From positions 620,001-684,000 of the forward strand of contig JAQGDQ010000004.1 of the NCBI GenBank assembly GCA_030141605.1: a stretch of 64,000 nucleotides of DNA, in the 5' to 3' direction. The translations under genes and the position numbers were made by a program. Positions within the stretch are counted from its first letter, which is position 1. Each line of letters opens with the position of its first letter. Origin of the DNA: Tubiluchus corallicola (lineage: Eukaryota; Animalia; Priapulida). The notes under the pieces were generated by a model. That model ran no database searches, was not told where the DNA came from, and worked only from the letters and a program-made list of their open reading frames with translations. Shown piece by piece: positions 11,307-24,618 of the stretch.

Positions 11307-14300
11307 CTAAGGATAAATTCAATAAAAATGCATAAAAATAAAGAATCACATAAATTTGTCAAATTGTACCTACACATTTTCATAAACTTACATTATAAAA
11401 AAATGTAATACATTTCGTCGTATAACACCGAGTATGAAGTAGTAACATAAATATTTTATCAAAGCAGAGATTACTGATTTTAATTTGAATTTGTTAAAAA
11501 AATTTGCTCGAAGTTGACAGTCTGCCAGAAATTTCTGTAAAAAATTAAAAAAATTTTAAAGGTGTGATTTTTTTCCTTTTAAGAATTTTCTATGTCAGCA
11601 ACGCAGTTTTGTTTTCAACATTTATCTCAAAAATGACAGATCTGATCAACTACTGAGCCCAATTTGGAGCAATTAAAATAGCATTGTTTCTAAAGTTACA
11701 GTAAATTTTAATTTTATGTCTTGAAGCTTTTAACAACATTCATAACAAAAAACCAAAAGTGCACTGCTATCAGGCATATTAAACTAGCCTGCGAAATGTA
11801 AAACGACATTCTTAGTTGGGCTATGAATCAAGATTTCTGTACATCCTCCAAAGAGGTACTAGTGGTTATAAGAGTACTAAGTACTAGTAGTACTTAGAGG
11901 TACTAATGCAAGTGTTAAGGCATGCAAGCAAAACATGGAGCATTTTACATGTTGAAACCTTAACATTTGTTAGTGTTGACTTTTGATGAGATTTGCAAAG
12001 TACAAAAGACAGTTCCATAAACTTCTCTGCCAAGAGAGAGAGCATGAAATGTCAGTTACAAGTGGAAATAACCAGAAGGTAAGTGTCTCAATTCACTTTA
12101 CAGCGGAAAACAGGTTCAGAGAAAAAAGGTCATGTTTCGAAACTGAGTTTTTACTTTAAATATGAGGTACTGTTTGTTTTCACAAACACATAAAAAATTC
12201 AATAAATTAATATCAGGCCAACATGTGATAATTGCAGTCATCCATAACTGACACAATTTGAGTCTTTTATGTACTACTGTTTATTGCCATTGTGTGCAAT
12301 CCCATTTATAGAACACCAGTTTATACAGTAAATTTCTTAGTGTGAAAGATCAAAGTTTCTTTGTAGTGTAATGATTAGCTAAGCATCATTGAAAGTAACA
12401 GATCTAGGTTCACGTCAGTGGAAAAACATAATTTTTCGGGTTTTCTAACTTGTTTGATTGCATGTAGTTAAGATTCTAATTAGCTCTGGTGCCAGCCGTA
12501 AAAACCAAAAATTAATAGCTTATATAATTATCACTGATTAAAGTCTTCATTGGAAGTGTGACCCCAGAAAAGCATAACCCTATGTCACCTGACAAAACCA
12601 AGCAGTAACGTTCACGTGATTACTGTAGGCTGCACACTTTAAAAATTTATAGCTTCATTGCCCCATAATACTGCTGCATCCAACATAACTATTGCTAAAT
12701 ACCCAAACTGCCTGATAGGCATTTCTGCAATTTGATCATGTGTAAAAATAAATCAATAAACATCCTCTGAAATTTTAAACTAAGCACCAGCAGGTGGGGT
12801 TTAGTATAGTGCTACGTCACTATGAATGTGACAAGGGACGATCAGCAAGGCCAATGAAATGAATGAATGTAATGGCGGGTGAGTTCAGATGTAGAGACCT
12901 CTCGTAACTTTTCACATGTTGCAACAAGTTGGGAGAAATGTTGCCAAGCCATTCACACGTTGCAATAAGTTGCAAGAGAAGTCTATTTTTTTGTGACTGC
13001 ACAGCTGGGCTCTCGATTCTCAGAAAAGACTAACTATCGATGACAGACGCTAGGTACACGTTTTAAGTCTAACTCTGCAGGTAAAGTAAAATACAAGTGA
13101 TTTGATAACATCTGCATTTTAGACGCAGGCCGGCATTATGAAAATGCTCTTCAGTACTTGTTTAACAGTTTGAATCCTGTTTACCATTAGATATTTGACT
13201 GTCATAATGTACAAAAAAACGTTTGCTATAACATTATTTGAGAAGCTTTTTATGTTTTTTTTCTGATATAAAAATTGATGTAGCCACAAAAGTGGAGCAT
13301 CACGATTACATTGTGGAAAATGTACTGTTAAGCCAAAATATATATGATCCATAAGACTATACAGTATTGGTGTTTAGTCTTTCAATGGATACGAATATGA
13401 AAGACGTACTATCACAGTTTGTCGGCTACAGTACTAATTTAGCAGGCCAAGTGCTTAATTTATGTGTGTCCCACTCTCTTTCTCTTCCGCTTTGACGCCT
13501 CTTCACTCTCTCCCCCTTTTCGTCCATTTTCTTTTTTCCCTTTTTTCCACCTCTGCCTTGCTTACCACGTCACCGTGTACAATGTTACTCCCCTGCTTAA
13601 TTATTAACTTGTTAACAAAAAACTAACTGACTCAATCATTAACATATTCATTAAGCATTATTCTTTAGGTTAATTACCTTAGTGACTACAACTGATTTAG
13701 AGAATGCAACAACAATGTTTCTTTACAGTATATGTATAGGCAAGTAAGTAAAACTAGCTTTAGTTATATGCATACTAAATAAAAGACAGTCTGTTCACAC
13801 ACATAGAGTCCAATCACTTGAGATAAGATTTGGCAAATTTACTTACTGCAACTGTACTGTTTCTGAACAGAGTTCATAACAAATTATTGCTTGTGCTTTT
13901 AAACAGACAGGTGAATGTGGGTTTGTATTGCTTCCACACAAAAATAATTCACAAACAATACACAATAGTAGTTGAAAGTTATGAATAATTTATTGTCATC
14001 ATTAATTACAAAAAGTACTAACTATAATAACAATGGAGCAGATTCTTCAATAAAGTTTTATATAAAATTTGGATATGAAGTTGAACAGTCATATTTAAAT
14101 TAGTAAAAGACTACCAACTACAGATAAATTTTAGTCATTAGGCTGAAGTACTTGCAGACTAAATATGAACACTTTTGTAAATAGCTCTCACAAGTCAGTC
14201 ATGATAGCACTTGTATAATATTTCCTCATTTTCAGGTAACTTTTTATGATCATGATTTTGTGTAGACCTAGAAAGCAAATAAGTAAAATGTTCATATTTA

Positions 14301-14419
14301 TATCTACACTGCAATAACTGCATCAGTATAACATTAAATTTTTGCATGATTTTGAGTTAGTACTATTAAAATATTTACACTGAAAAAAACATTTAATATT
14401 AAACAAAATAAAAACAGTT

Positions 14420-14725
14420 TGTGTGGTCATGGTGTGTGTATTTTGCAACCTAAGTTAAATAATGCTGGGCTAGGTCAGTAAATGGATGGCTGACTGCTTG
14501 AAGAAACTATTCCTGGTGTTCAAATTATCCCCTGCCCTACTTGTTTGACAGCAAGGACATTATGCACACACAAATGAGGCAAGACATCTATGTTGGTTTG
14601 CCACAACCAACTTACCATCTCTGTTTACGGCCTACTTATGAAAAATGTCAATGCATGCCTTTGGTCCACTTTAGTACAATACATACTCAGTGCAAGCATA
14701 AACGTCATTACTCATTAAGTCTTTT
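14420..14725 (+). mobile_element. Degenerate 5S-rRNA-related SINE relic
   Basis: 14448-14500 (ACCTAAGTTAAATAATGCTGGGCTAGGTCAGTAAATGGATGGCTGACTGC) aligns by eye to the 5S A-box/IE/C-box region with CpG->TpG decay. Boundaries are approximate. Confidence 0.45.
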
Positions 14726-15346
14726 ATATTTCAAAGTATGACTGATTTATTAAATGTCATACACGTGCATCATTGCCATAGTTTTAATACAGGAACAAGA
14801 GCAATTTTAATTGTAGTGTCCAATGATGTGACATTATACAGCAGCGAAAGTCACTAAATATTTCAGTTTTAGAGCATACTTGAAGCTCGACTGAATATCG
14901 TCTGTAACAATCGGAAAAAGTAGGAAATAAAATATAAATAAATATCTCCAATTCGTAGCAGTGAAGTTATGCGAAAGTTTAACTGAAAATTGCCCCAGAA
15001 GAAATTTTTAAGAAAATGTAATTCCGCACGAAGAAGCAAAATAAAGAAAGAAAATTTAAAGCAATTTTTTTTAAAAAACTGAAAGATTATATATAATGTG
15101 TAATGTACTTTCGTATCCAGGTAAACTTGTAATTTCGTACAAGGCAGGGTTTCAACAGAAAAATATTCTATCGTCAGTTTTTTTCATGTACATTTAATCC
15201 TGTTTGCATTATATTGAACATTTTAATCTCCCGATTTCGTATCGTGATCACTAAAGTGTGTCATAGCGAGAATGTGGTCACTCTTAAACTCTTTATACTG
15301 TACCACGTAATCGTACCTATCTGTCAATACAGTATTTTACAGTAAG

Positions 15347-15628
15347 ATAATATAATATAATATAATATAATATAATATAATATAATATAATATAATATAA
15401 TATAATATAATATAATATAATATAATATAATATAATATAATATAATATAATATAATATAATATAATATAATATAATATAATATAATATAATATAATATAA
15501 TATAATATAATATAATATAATATAATATAATATAATATAATATAATATAATATAATATAATATAATATAATATAATATAATATAATATAATATAATATAA
15601 TATAATATAATATAATATAATATAATAA
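15347..15628. repeat. (TATAA)n pentanucleotide microsatellite
   Basis: About 280 bp of perfect TATAA repeats; the source of the spurious IILYY ORFs. Confidence 0.99.
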
Positions 15629-17479
15629 TAGAATAAATAATGTAAAAAGGTACCATTTGTACATTCACATAATCGCATGCTAGACTGCGTACACAGTAAC
15701 AAGCAAAAAATAAACTGAAACCAATGTTATTTAGATGAGATTAACTTTTTAGAAATTCAATTATTACTTCATACTGATAATAGGCTAATCTTTTTCTACA
15801 TTGGGGCTACTCATTTATCCAATATTTCAACATCGAGTAAATGATTCCACGTTTGATAGTGTGTTTGACTTTACATAGTAAATGTATTTAAATGCTCAAT
15901 TATCATTATCTCTTGTAAATGCATGTTTGTTGAGTAAAACAATTAAGCTAAGACAAATTTTGGTCGTCACGTACAAAATTGAATGTACATGACAAGTATG
16001 TTGCAACATAGGATGAGTGCATTAAATTGATACTGACATTTTTGACTGCAAAATGTGCAACTAAACTTTGTGATTAATTTCAAGTTGAAAAGTACACACT
16101 ATACTATGCTATGAAAACGAAATCAAAATTACTCATTATGGAAAGTTAGGTCAGAGAAGCTGAATCTATCAGCACAAAAGTATTACACTCATGGGGCATA
16201 GTTTTGTACTCTCACCCTACAAATTCTATTGAAAAGCCAAATGAAAGGGTACCATTGTACTACATACGTATGTATGCTGATTTTGTCATGTAGATCTAAG
16301 CCCAGTAAGCCTACAACTTTTCATCTTAAACTATCCGAAATTCTAAGTTATTTTTAAAACTCGATATTTAAACAACAGTTGAATTGACCTTACCTTAATA
16401 TAACAATTATTTGGCTCCCAACTCATCGTTCCACCTTGTGTTACAAACAGTTAAAAGCTCCACAATTCATTACAGCCTTATCACTTGCAGGAAAGAGCAT
16501 CTCAGGACGTCGATAAATTTATAAGCGAATATTAAACATGAGCACTAACAAAAACCAAGGATCAGTACGCATCACTTTCAGTTGGTGTATATATTCACTT
16601 TCTAAGCAGTGAGCCGTTTTGCCATAAAATGTGGCGCATCATTCAATTGGTTGAAACTCAAAAAGTTGCGCGTAATTGCGTGTTATGCAGTGCATGTTGA
16701 ATGGTGGTCATTTCCACCAACACAGCAGGCACCCTCAGCCAGCCCCTATAGCCCATGCCCAATTTTACTAGACTATGGCAATATCAGTCAACAGAAAACG
16801 ACACTAAAACACACTATTAGATTTTTAAGTGATTAGATTCGTAATTTTATCTAAAATTTTAATTTTAATTTTAATCTGTCAGTAAACTAGCCCATATTTT
16901 GCATCAAATCAGTTATAATAAAAAAAAATTAAAATCAATTTATCAGTACTAGATATTTTTTGGAACATGATTTCTCTCTGTGAACACGTTTCTTCTGATA
17001 CAAATGTGACAAATGGAGAAAACAGCAATAGCATCAGACTGACAATAACAAAGAGCTTACAAATAGCCAGACTTAACAGATGCTTAGCTAGTAAAGACAT
17101 TAGCTACATAATGTCTGTTACTTCGGTTGTGGTTATAACATGCTGATTCACATTATATAGCTCAATGCAATGTGTACAATGACACATTTCAACGAATCAG
17201 TTCCTATATTATTCCACCATCAAATGTTTGTTACTATGTGCAAGACAGGATTTGTAGAACTCTAAGCTGAGTTTTAACATGTCACGATTTCAAAATTACA
17301 TGCAAAATAAATGGAAAGCTAACAAAAAATGAAAAAACTAAAAGATATAACAGTAGAAGATGCAGGGGGTATGTTACTATAACAGCAAACCTGAAAAGGA
17401 CAATGCAGTTAAACAGATTTTAAAGGGAACATGAATTAGTGTTAAGATTGTATTAAAAAAACAAATTTATTATGCTTAC

Positions 17480-17572
17480 CTTTTCCAATAAGCTAAGGTC
17501 CATTGGATATACAATATAATCTCTATATGTAGGCTCTACATCAGGAGTTACGGGTTGGTGGAATGGTTCAGG
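17480..17572 (-). CDS. ZMYND8: ZMYND8 bromodomain ZA-loop exon
   Basis: PEPFHQPVTPDVEPTYRDYIVYPMDLSLLEK (F..PV...Y...I..PMDL bromodomain motif). Phase 0-0. Confidence 0.95.
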
Positions 17573-18417
17573 CTGAAATACATAAAGCTGAAATTCAAAA
17601 ATTTTGCTGTGTAATAATACTGGTAGGCGTTTCGAATTCTGATAATATACTTTACTTGTATGTACTACTGCTAGAAATCACACTTCTTTTTCTTCAAAAT
17701 TATAGACTGACTACAACATTTTCATAAAATGATCACAGGAAGGTACCAAAATTGCAAGATACAACAATTTGTCAATCGAAAGTATAAATGACTGACTAAA
17801 ACATACAACTTAAAAAACAATGCAGCACTTTCCAGTTTTCTTATTGATCTTGCATTCTTGTGGGCAAAAACTTGCTTGCACAAGATGTTCAGCACTTGTG
17901 TTTTAAAGTACAGGTAAGATTGTTTAAGAGAGTTAGAAGCACTCTAATGGAAATATGCAGTGAACCAAATATGGCAATAACTTAACTCAGCATTGCAAAT
18001 ACAGAATTCTGGCAACCAGAGCAACATCATGCTCATTTTGTCTATTGATCTTTCTACATCTATTAACAAGACTCACACACAGTTCAATGGATGACAAGCA
18101 GTAACAGCAACAACAACAAAAAAGACAGCCTTTGTTCTTTCAACATGGATTTTCTTAGAATCACACCACATAATATTTGTAAGATTACAAGTATAGTAAT
18201 CATTAGTACAGTTCAATATTTAAATCAATGTTCCAAGCTGTAAATAAAAGCAAAAAGAAAACCACATTTTCCATTAACACATTTGTTATGGTTTATATTT
18301 TAAGGAAGAGGTAGGTGTTAAACAACCTTCGGTGCATTTTAATGTACCACATTTAGAAATACCATAGCTTACTGATAAATAAAAAAAGAAAAAGTAACCT
18401 ACCAAATGAATTTATAT

Positions 18418-19026
18418 TAGTTGTGGGCACTTTGAATAATTTACTATTCGAATACTCAAGAAATAATTATCCGAATAATCAAATATTCGAACCTAAGATA
18501 TTTGTCCATCCACGCTTATTATGGTAGCTAACACGTAGAAACAGATAAACACAGCAGTTACTGTACCATTGTGTATGTTAACTGTTGAGTTGGAATGATA
18601 AGTTTACGCACATTCACATTCCTGTATGAATTGAACTAAAGTTTTATGTAATAATAATGATAATGATGATGATGATGATGATGATGATGATAATAATAGT
18701 GTTAAATATTCCACTACTCAGCTTGAAGCTGTTTGGCATGTAACATACAGCTTGTTGATTTTTGAAACTTGTTTTTACATAATGAACATTTTATAATGTT
18801 TAAATGAACTGTTCTGAAGTTTCTAAGCTCGTTAATGCATCAACTGTAGAACGAATGAGTATCGCCAGCGCAGGGAGCTGACAGTGAAATGAACGTTTGT
18901 CTCCTTCAAAAGGCATTCAGCTTGAGGTCAATACATTATAGATAGGATAATCGAAAAGCATCTTATTATTTGAATAATAAAAGAACATCAATGCTTGAAA
19001 TAATCGATTATTCGTGCACATCCCTA
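18418..19026. mobile_element. Non-autonomous hAT-like DNA transposon relic
   Basis: Right end ...TTCGTGCACATCCCTA and degenerate left end TAGTTGTGGGCAC..., with subterminal CGAATAAT/ATTCGA repeats. No clear TSD. Contains a (TGA)n/(TAA)n tract at 18650-18698. Confidence 0.5.
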
Positions 19027-19520
19027 GGCTGTAACATTTCAAAATTATGACATAGCTGGACATCTGATCTTTTCTGGGAAATATCACAAATCTAGCTAAG
19101 TAATTTTTTTCAAAGACTTTTGTTATACCTTTGATAATGAGCTGTTTTTCTTCAGTTGATCAGTAACGCCATTGTTCTTTTAAAATACGCCCGTGTCATG
19201 ATTTCAAAGTGATTTTAATAATTACATAAAGCATTTATCGCAGTTTTGTTGCTGAAACTTAGATTTTTTGCAAACATTTAATAAGCATAACTTCGCAGAA
19301 GTTCTCCTTTAAGTTTTATAACAATCAGTTTAGAAAGTAAATTAAATATGTCAAAAAATGTCATCAAATGGCAAAAAGTAAGAAAAATAAATAACAAGAA
19401 GCATCATCTCTTAATGTCATCGTACTCCAAGCACCTAAAAGGGGATGGGGGGGGGCATGTTCAATGACTGTTTTTTACCAGTTGTTTAGGCTGAGATCTA
19501 TAAATAGCAAGTGTACTCAC

Positions 19521-19634
19521 AGCTTGCTGTTTCATGCGCTGCAGGGCATACTTGAACAACATGCATCGTTGATCGAGTGTCAATATCTTCATAGAGGCAG
19601 ACTGCGTCTCTACACATTCAGCCACCATACTTTT
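19521..19634 (-). CDS. ZMYND8: ZMYND8 exon, PHD-bromodomain linker and helix Z
   Basis: KSMVAECVETQSASMKILTLDQRCMLFKYALQRMKQQA resembles '[36 protein letters not shown]'. Donor gtgagt. Confidence 0.95.
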
Positions 19635-21309
19635 CTGAAGAAAAAACACAGCACCTGTTATAATCCACGTTCAAATGTTCACTAGTCGATTCTTCAAACT
19701 AAAGAAAGCCACTGTCTAAAAAGCGATTTATATTATACATAAACAAAACACAAACCATAGCTGAATTTTTTTATTCATGCCCCAGTATTACTTGCTGTAC
19801 CTCATCCAGTCTTCAAAGTAAGTAAAAAAGTTCAAGATGTATATCTCCTATGTGCTCAAAGTTTAAGTCGATAACTCCACATAAGTTTCCTATTACACTA
19901 TGTCTTCCAATTTAGCCACAACAAGTGACCAATTGAGAGATTTTTTGCTTTCTGAAAAAATTTCAAAATTCTTTAATTTTTTTTGAAGCAAGACACTAAA
20001 CACTATCAGGTCAAGTACTTTATTAAAATGTTACAGCTGCTAGATGATGATAATGGAAATCTTCCTTGTAAGTGATAACAGCAGTTTGTTCCACACAAGT
20101 TCAACTTAATGTGAGAATCAGTGCCATGTTTGTTTCCATTACTGAGACAGTGAATCTCACCTGGCGCTGGATGTCTGTAAAATATTACCCTAAATATTGT
20201 GTCATAATATTGTTCTAGTATATAATACATGTAATTAATTCTGGTGTTGTAATGTCCATTATTACACCTTTTAAACATTGATAGTTCAAACTTCAGATAA
20301 AAAATCTAAAGTTCAGGTTTGGCCTTATCTTAGTTTAAAATGAAATAGTCATGGTTTACCTTCAGCCATGTTCCCTTAACTATAAAATGGATGCTCTAGC
20401 AAAAGAACTCTGGTATACAAACAAAAATCAATAAGTGACAATGCATACAAGTGAACTAATCAAGACCAGGAAGGGTTTTTATGAATTACGCACAGAAATA
20501 TCACACCACCAAGGGACGTACAAATCAATTTCTTTTAAAGCTCACAATGACACTTTTATAAAAACCTTAGCAGTTTCATTACATGCATCCAGTAGGCACA
20601 ATTTAATGGCTTCTGGTTTTATGCACAGAAAGCATCATTTATCTGTTAATAACTGGTTCGTTGTCTATGCATTTTATGAGCAGACTGAGAGTTAGTTGCT
20701 GGGGAGAGGTAGTCATCATAAAAAAATAAATTTTAAAGCTATGTAAGACTTATGGATGTCACTTAATATCTGATGGGCAGCAACAAGTTAACAATGTATA
20801 CTGCAACAAAATTCTCGTCTAACAATCAATAAAGGAATTGCCCATTTTAGAACCAAAAGTGAATAAAAGGGCTAAAATAGCATGTGGGATATAGCCTACG
20901 TCTGTTACCCTCTAAGTCTAATTAAGAACTGTAAAAAAACTCTTACTCTTTATTAACTTACTTCATGGCACAGCATGTAATCATTATTAATAACGAATTT
21001 TCAATCGGCACAAAATTAAAGTTACAGAAAAAAGTATCAAGTCTGTATTGTTTATATGAAAGACTCAAGAATCTAAACAGGTTCCCCTAATGTCTGACAC
21101 AAGACGTGTACGTCTCACAGACACAAACAACAAATATGATGTACATATTAACTGTATACAAGACCTGAGAGCTTAATGTTTTTCTAAATAAGGAATTGCT
21201 GTCGATATAACAAAGATTTCAAAAAATTGTTTACATACAAATGACAATCTTGTCTGAAACTACATATATTTTAACAATGCAGAAATAATAATAAATATCA
21301 TAATTATAC

Positions 21310-21456
21310 CTCACACTCCGGATCTACCCATTCTCCTTCTGGTTGTGCTTCCAAGTTTAGGCATTTAACATGGTACACACGAGGACACAGCTCACAGCAT
21401 ATTACTGACCCATCTTTATGACATATCCAGCAGAAGTAGTCATTCTCTTGCTCATC
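21310..21456 (-). CDS. ZMYND8: ZMYND8 PHD finger exon
   Basis: [49 protein letters not shown]. 147 nt, phase 0-0. Confidence 0.95.
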
Positions 21457-21504
21457 CTAATAAACAGTAAGTTACACAGAATTAAAATTAGCATTAAACA
21501 ATAA

Positions 21505-21615
21505 AAAAGAATAACAATTGTGACAATGACCATGACAACAAGGACAGCGACAATGACAACAACAGTGACAGCAACAGCTACAACAACAACAGCAACAACA
21601 ACAATAACAACAGCA
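21505..21615. repeat. Degenerate (ACA/GCA/TGA)n trinucleotide tract
   Basis: acaatgaccatgacaacaaggacagcgacaatgacaacaac... low-complexity tract just upstream of the PHD exon acceptor. Confidence 0.75.
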
Positions 21616-22366
21616 TTATTGTAAGCCAGTATCTTGCAGAGAATACTTAACATAGATAGTTTGGACGGGACAAAGTTGTCAAGCATCAGTCATGAATGCA
21701 TTTGAAAGCTGCCAGAAGAATCCGAGCCATATTGGGATGCCTATACAGCTTCCCTCAATAGGATAAATAGTTGAGCGAAATAAGCCAGGAAAATCCAGGT
21801 CTCCAGAAGTTGTTTTTCTTGGTGAGCATGCATCCATTTGTTGACTAGGCCCGGCCATGCTCAACTTTGCAGCCGTAACCATTCAGTTATTCTACTTGTC
21901 TCCTACTTGTTTCAAACTGATAACTGTCAGCAATTATGGCACCATAAACATTGTCACAAATAAATAATGTTTTACATTTTTATTTCACAAAAGAACACTT
22001 AAATTTTATTGTAGAAGATAGTAAAAACTGTGCTCTACTGAATGTAGGACAAAAGCTTTACAGGAGCAAAAAAGAAGAGGATAATAAAAGGTTGAGATGA
22101 TACTTTTTCATCCTGAGATATCTCAAATGGTTATCACGAAAACATCGGTAAAACAAGTAGGAAAGCTACAAATCTTTGCCAAGCATGAAATTAAAGGCAT
22201 GACATAAACTAAAAGGAAAATACTGGAGTCATTTTAAGAAGAAAATGAAGAGTTTATTAAACCATTTTCTAAACTACTGGAATTTCTAGCACTTGTATCA
22301 TCTGGCAGAGGTGTTTTCGATTTCATTTTAAAAAATTTGACAGCATTCACGATGAAATGTACACAC

Positions 22367-22458
22367 CTCTGTTGCTTTCTTTCGTCGTTTAGGAGGTGGA
22401 GGAAGATCGTATGCTCGTTCCTTCTCCTTTAAGTTTTTTCTTTTAAGTTTTGGAGTTG
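22367..22458 (-). CDS. ZMYND8: ZMYND8 N-terminal exon with basic NLS-like motif
   Basis: TTPKLKRKNLKEKERAYDLPPPPKRRKKATE. Phase 1->0 links to the PHD exon. PKRRKK is a monopartite NLS-like motif. Confidence 0.85.
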
Positions 22459-24483
22459 CTAAAAAACATTTCTTGATTAGTAACATTTATCCACAAGCTT
22501 TGATGCTAATCATATGTATTATTTTTAGACTAACACACACACTAGCATGCTTTATTTGATATCAATCAAAGACTACTATAAGCCACTGAGTGATATAACT
22601 AAAGAGGTGTAAAAAAGCCGTTTCTTTTCTACCTTCACTTTATTGCTGGATGTTCCTATGCTGATTAACATTTATAAAGTGGTAAGTGCCTTGAAATAGT
22701 AAATATAACTGGACAAAAAAAACCTGATTAGTGCAATCTGTTGGCAATTTTAAAATGTTAGAAATGCTAAATCAATAGTAATGTACATATTAGCAGCGAG
22801 ACATACACGAGCACTCAATATTCAATAACATAATTAGTTGAGTAATTATTTTACTTTGTTAATTGAAGAAAAAACTTCACTACAAATATGCCAGTAAAAA
22901 ACAAAAATGACAAGCAGCTATATTTTAATTATGCAGTAAATTAGCAAGAAACCTTTCACATATCAGCTAGCAACAACAAATGTCAGATTAAATGCAAAAT
23001 GTCAAATTTGGAGATAGAACTTTAAAACACACATTTGTTATATTATTTAGGGTCCTTAAAATTATAACAGATTTCTAACAGTTAAGAATTTAAAGTAAAT
23101 ATATTAAGTTTTAACAATCAAGCTTTTTTCTAAGCAGACATTGACTATAACCCCAACATTTTTCAACCTTTTTTTATTGCGTACAGCACATTTACACAGG
23201 TTAAAGAAAAATATTGTGCAGAACAGACATTATTATTTTTTGGAACTTTTTCTATGTAGGCAGTAGATTGTTAATATCACCGACGATAATAATTTTTTAA
23301 TGTTATCTGAGAAATTTCTTTTGTATTTTCGTAACAGTGTTTTCATAGACCCAGCAAAATAAAAATTGTTGAACAAAGTTATAAAATGGTACAAGGAAAC
23401 ACATTTATTTTTGTCAGCAGACTAACAGAAATAGTTGTACTATGTTAATTTATAATCTACAGCACAACTAATAAAGTAAACAAGCGTTTGCAGCTCAGTT
23501 CTGTCAAATGCAACATTTACTTGCTCCGGTACATACTGAGCATGACATGATCAATAATTCTTCAACTGGCACCCACTACAAAATTGTGTGAAACAAAATG
23601 GAGGATGCTCCGTACACACTGAGAAAGTCGGTAAAGGTGATAACCAATAACCATACAAATCTTCTTATTAACTGGCAAAGCTAAAGATGTTGCAGCTTCA
23701 TAATTAGTGCTTTACAATTGAAAAATCTAGTCCATGGACATATCGTTAATGAAAAAATGCACTTGCACAATAAATAAATGACATGCTGGCTTATCCACTA
23801 CTTACATAGTACTAACTTGTCAGTTTACGTTATCACATCAAAAAATGAATCTACTGCTTATAACATACCCGAATGTGAATTTGAATTGTAAACCAGAAAA
23901 AAAACAAATTGAGCTTCAAAGTCTTGTTTGCGAAATGATATTTTTGTGAAACCGCTGCTAGCGAATTACGTAAGTCAAAAATAGACCGAAATTTACGGCA
24001 TCATTTCATAATCGTGGAAAGAGCTGCTGCTTAGTGTGGGGGGGGGGGGCTCCCAAAACAGGGTACCATTTTACACAGGGCATTAAGTAATGCATTGTTT
24101 TAACGATGTTGTCTGTATTTAGCAGAATATATACAAAAATCTAAATTTATCAGAACCTTTATTACTAGTGTAATTTATGCACTTAGATATGCTTGCATCA
24201 GAGCATCCTAGCAAACATTTCTGGCATGCAATAACTTTATGTTTTACAGTATTTCTAATTAAGAGGCTGCAAATTCACAAAATAATGCACAGCATGCATG
24301 ACAAAAAAAGCAGCAACAACAAAATGTTGATTCGAATTTCACCGTGTGACACAGAATCACTGTGATGCAAAAGCTTGCGAGTGCTATTATTACTGATGAA
24401 TAAAAAAATGAGAAAAATAATACTTCTATGAGATTTTCAGTACACAGCGCTTAAGTGAGCTTCTTTAAATAAGAGTTACATAC

Positions 24484-24618
24484 TATTGTCAGTACCAGAT
24501 GAAAAGGCTGTTTGGTGCATTAATGCTGACGCAGAAGTAGTAGCATCTCTAGCTCCGGCCTTTGGTGTAATGGTACCACTGTTGTCATTAGAAAGTGACT
24601 TACGCCTCGAATCTGGGT
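24484..24618 (-). CDS. ZMYND8: ZMYND8 N-terminal exon
   Basis: Strong polypyrimidine acceptor, donor gtatgt. 135 nt, phase 1-1. Encodes DPDSRRKSLSNDNSG...SSGTDN. Confidence 0.8.

Noticed and set aside
14192-14267. Possible poison exon (strong acceptor ttgctttctag, in-frame TGA)
   Set aside because: The donor is weak, such sites are frequent by chance in AT-rich introns, and there is no other support.
15317-15702. IILYY-repeat ORFs
   Set aside because: Translation of the (TATAA)n microsatellite.
21679-21882. GC-richer ORF between ZMYND8 exons
   Set aside because: No recognisable motif or convincing splice pair, and the flanking exons join in phase without it. Probably a repeat fragment.
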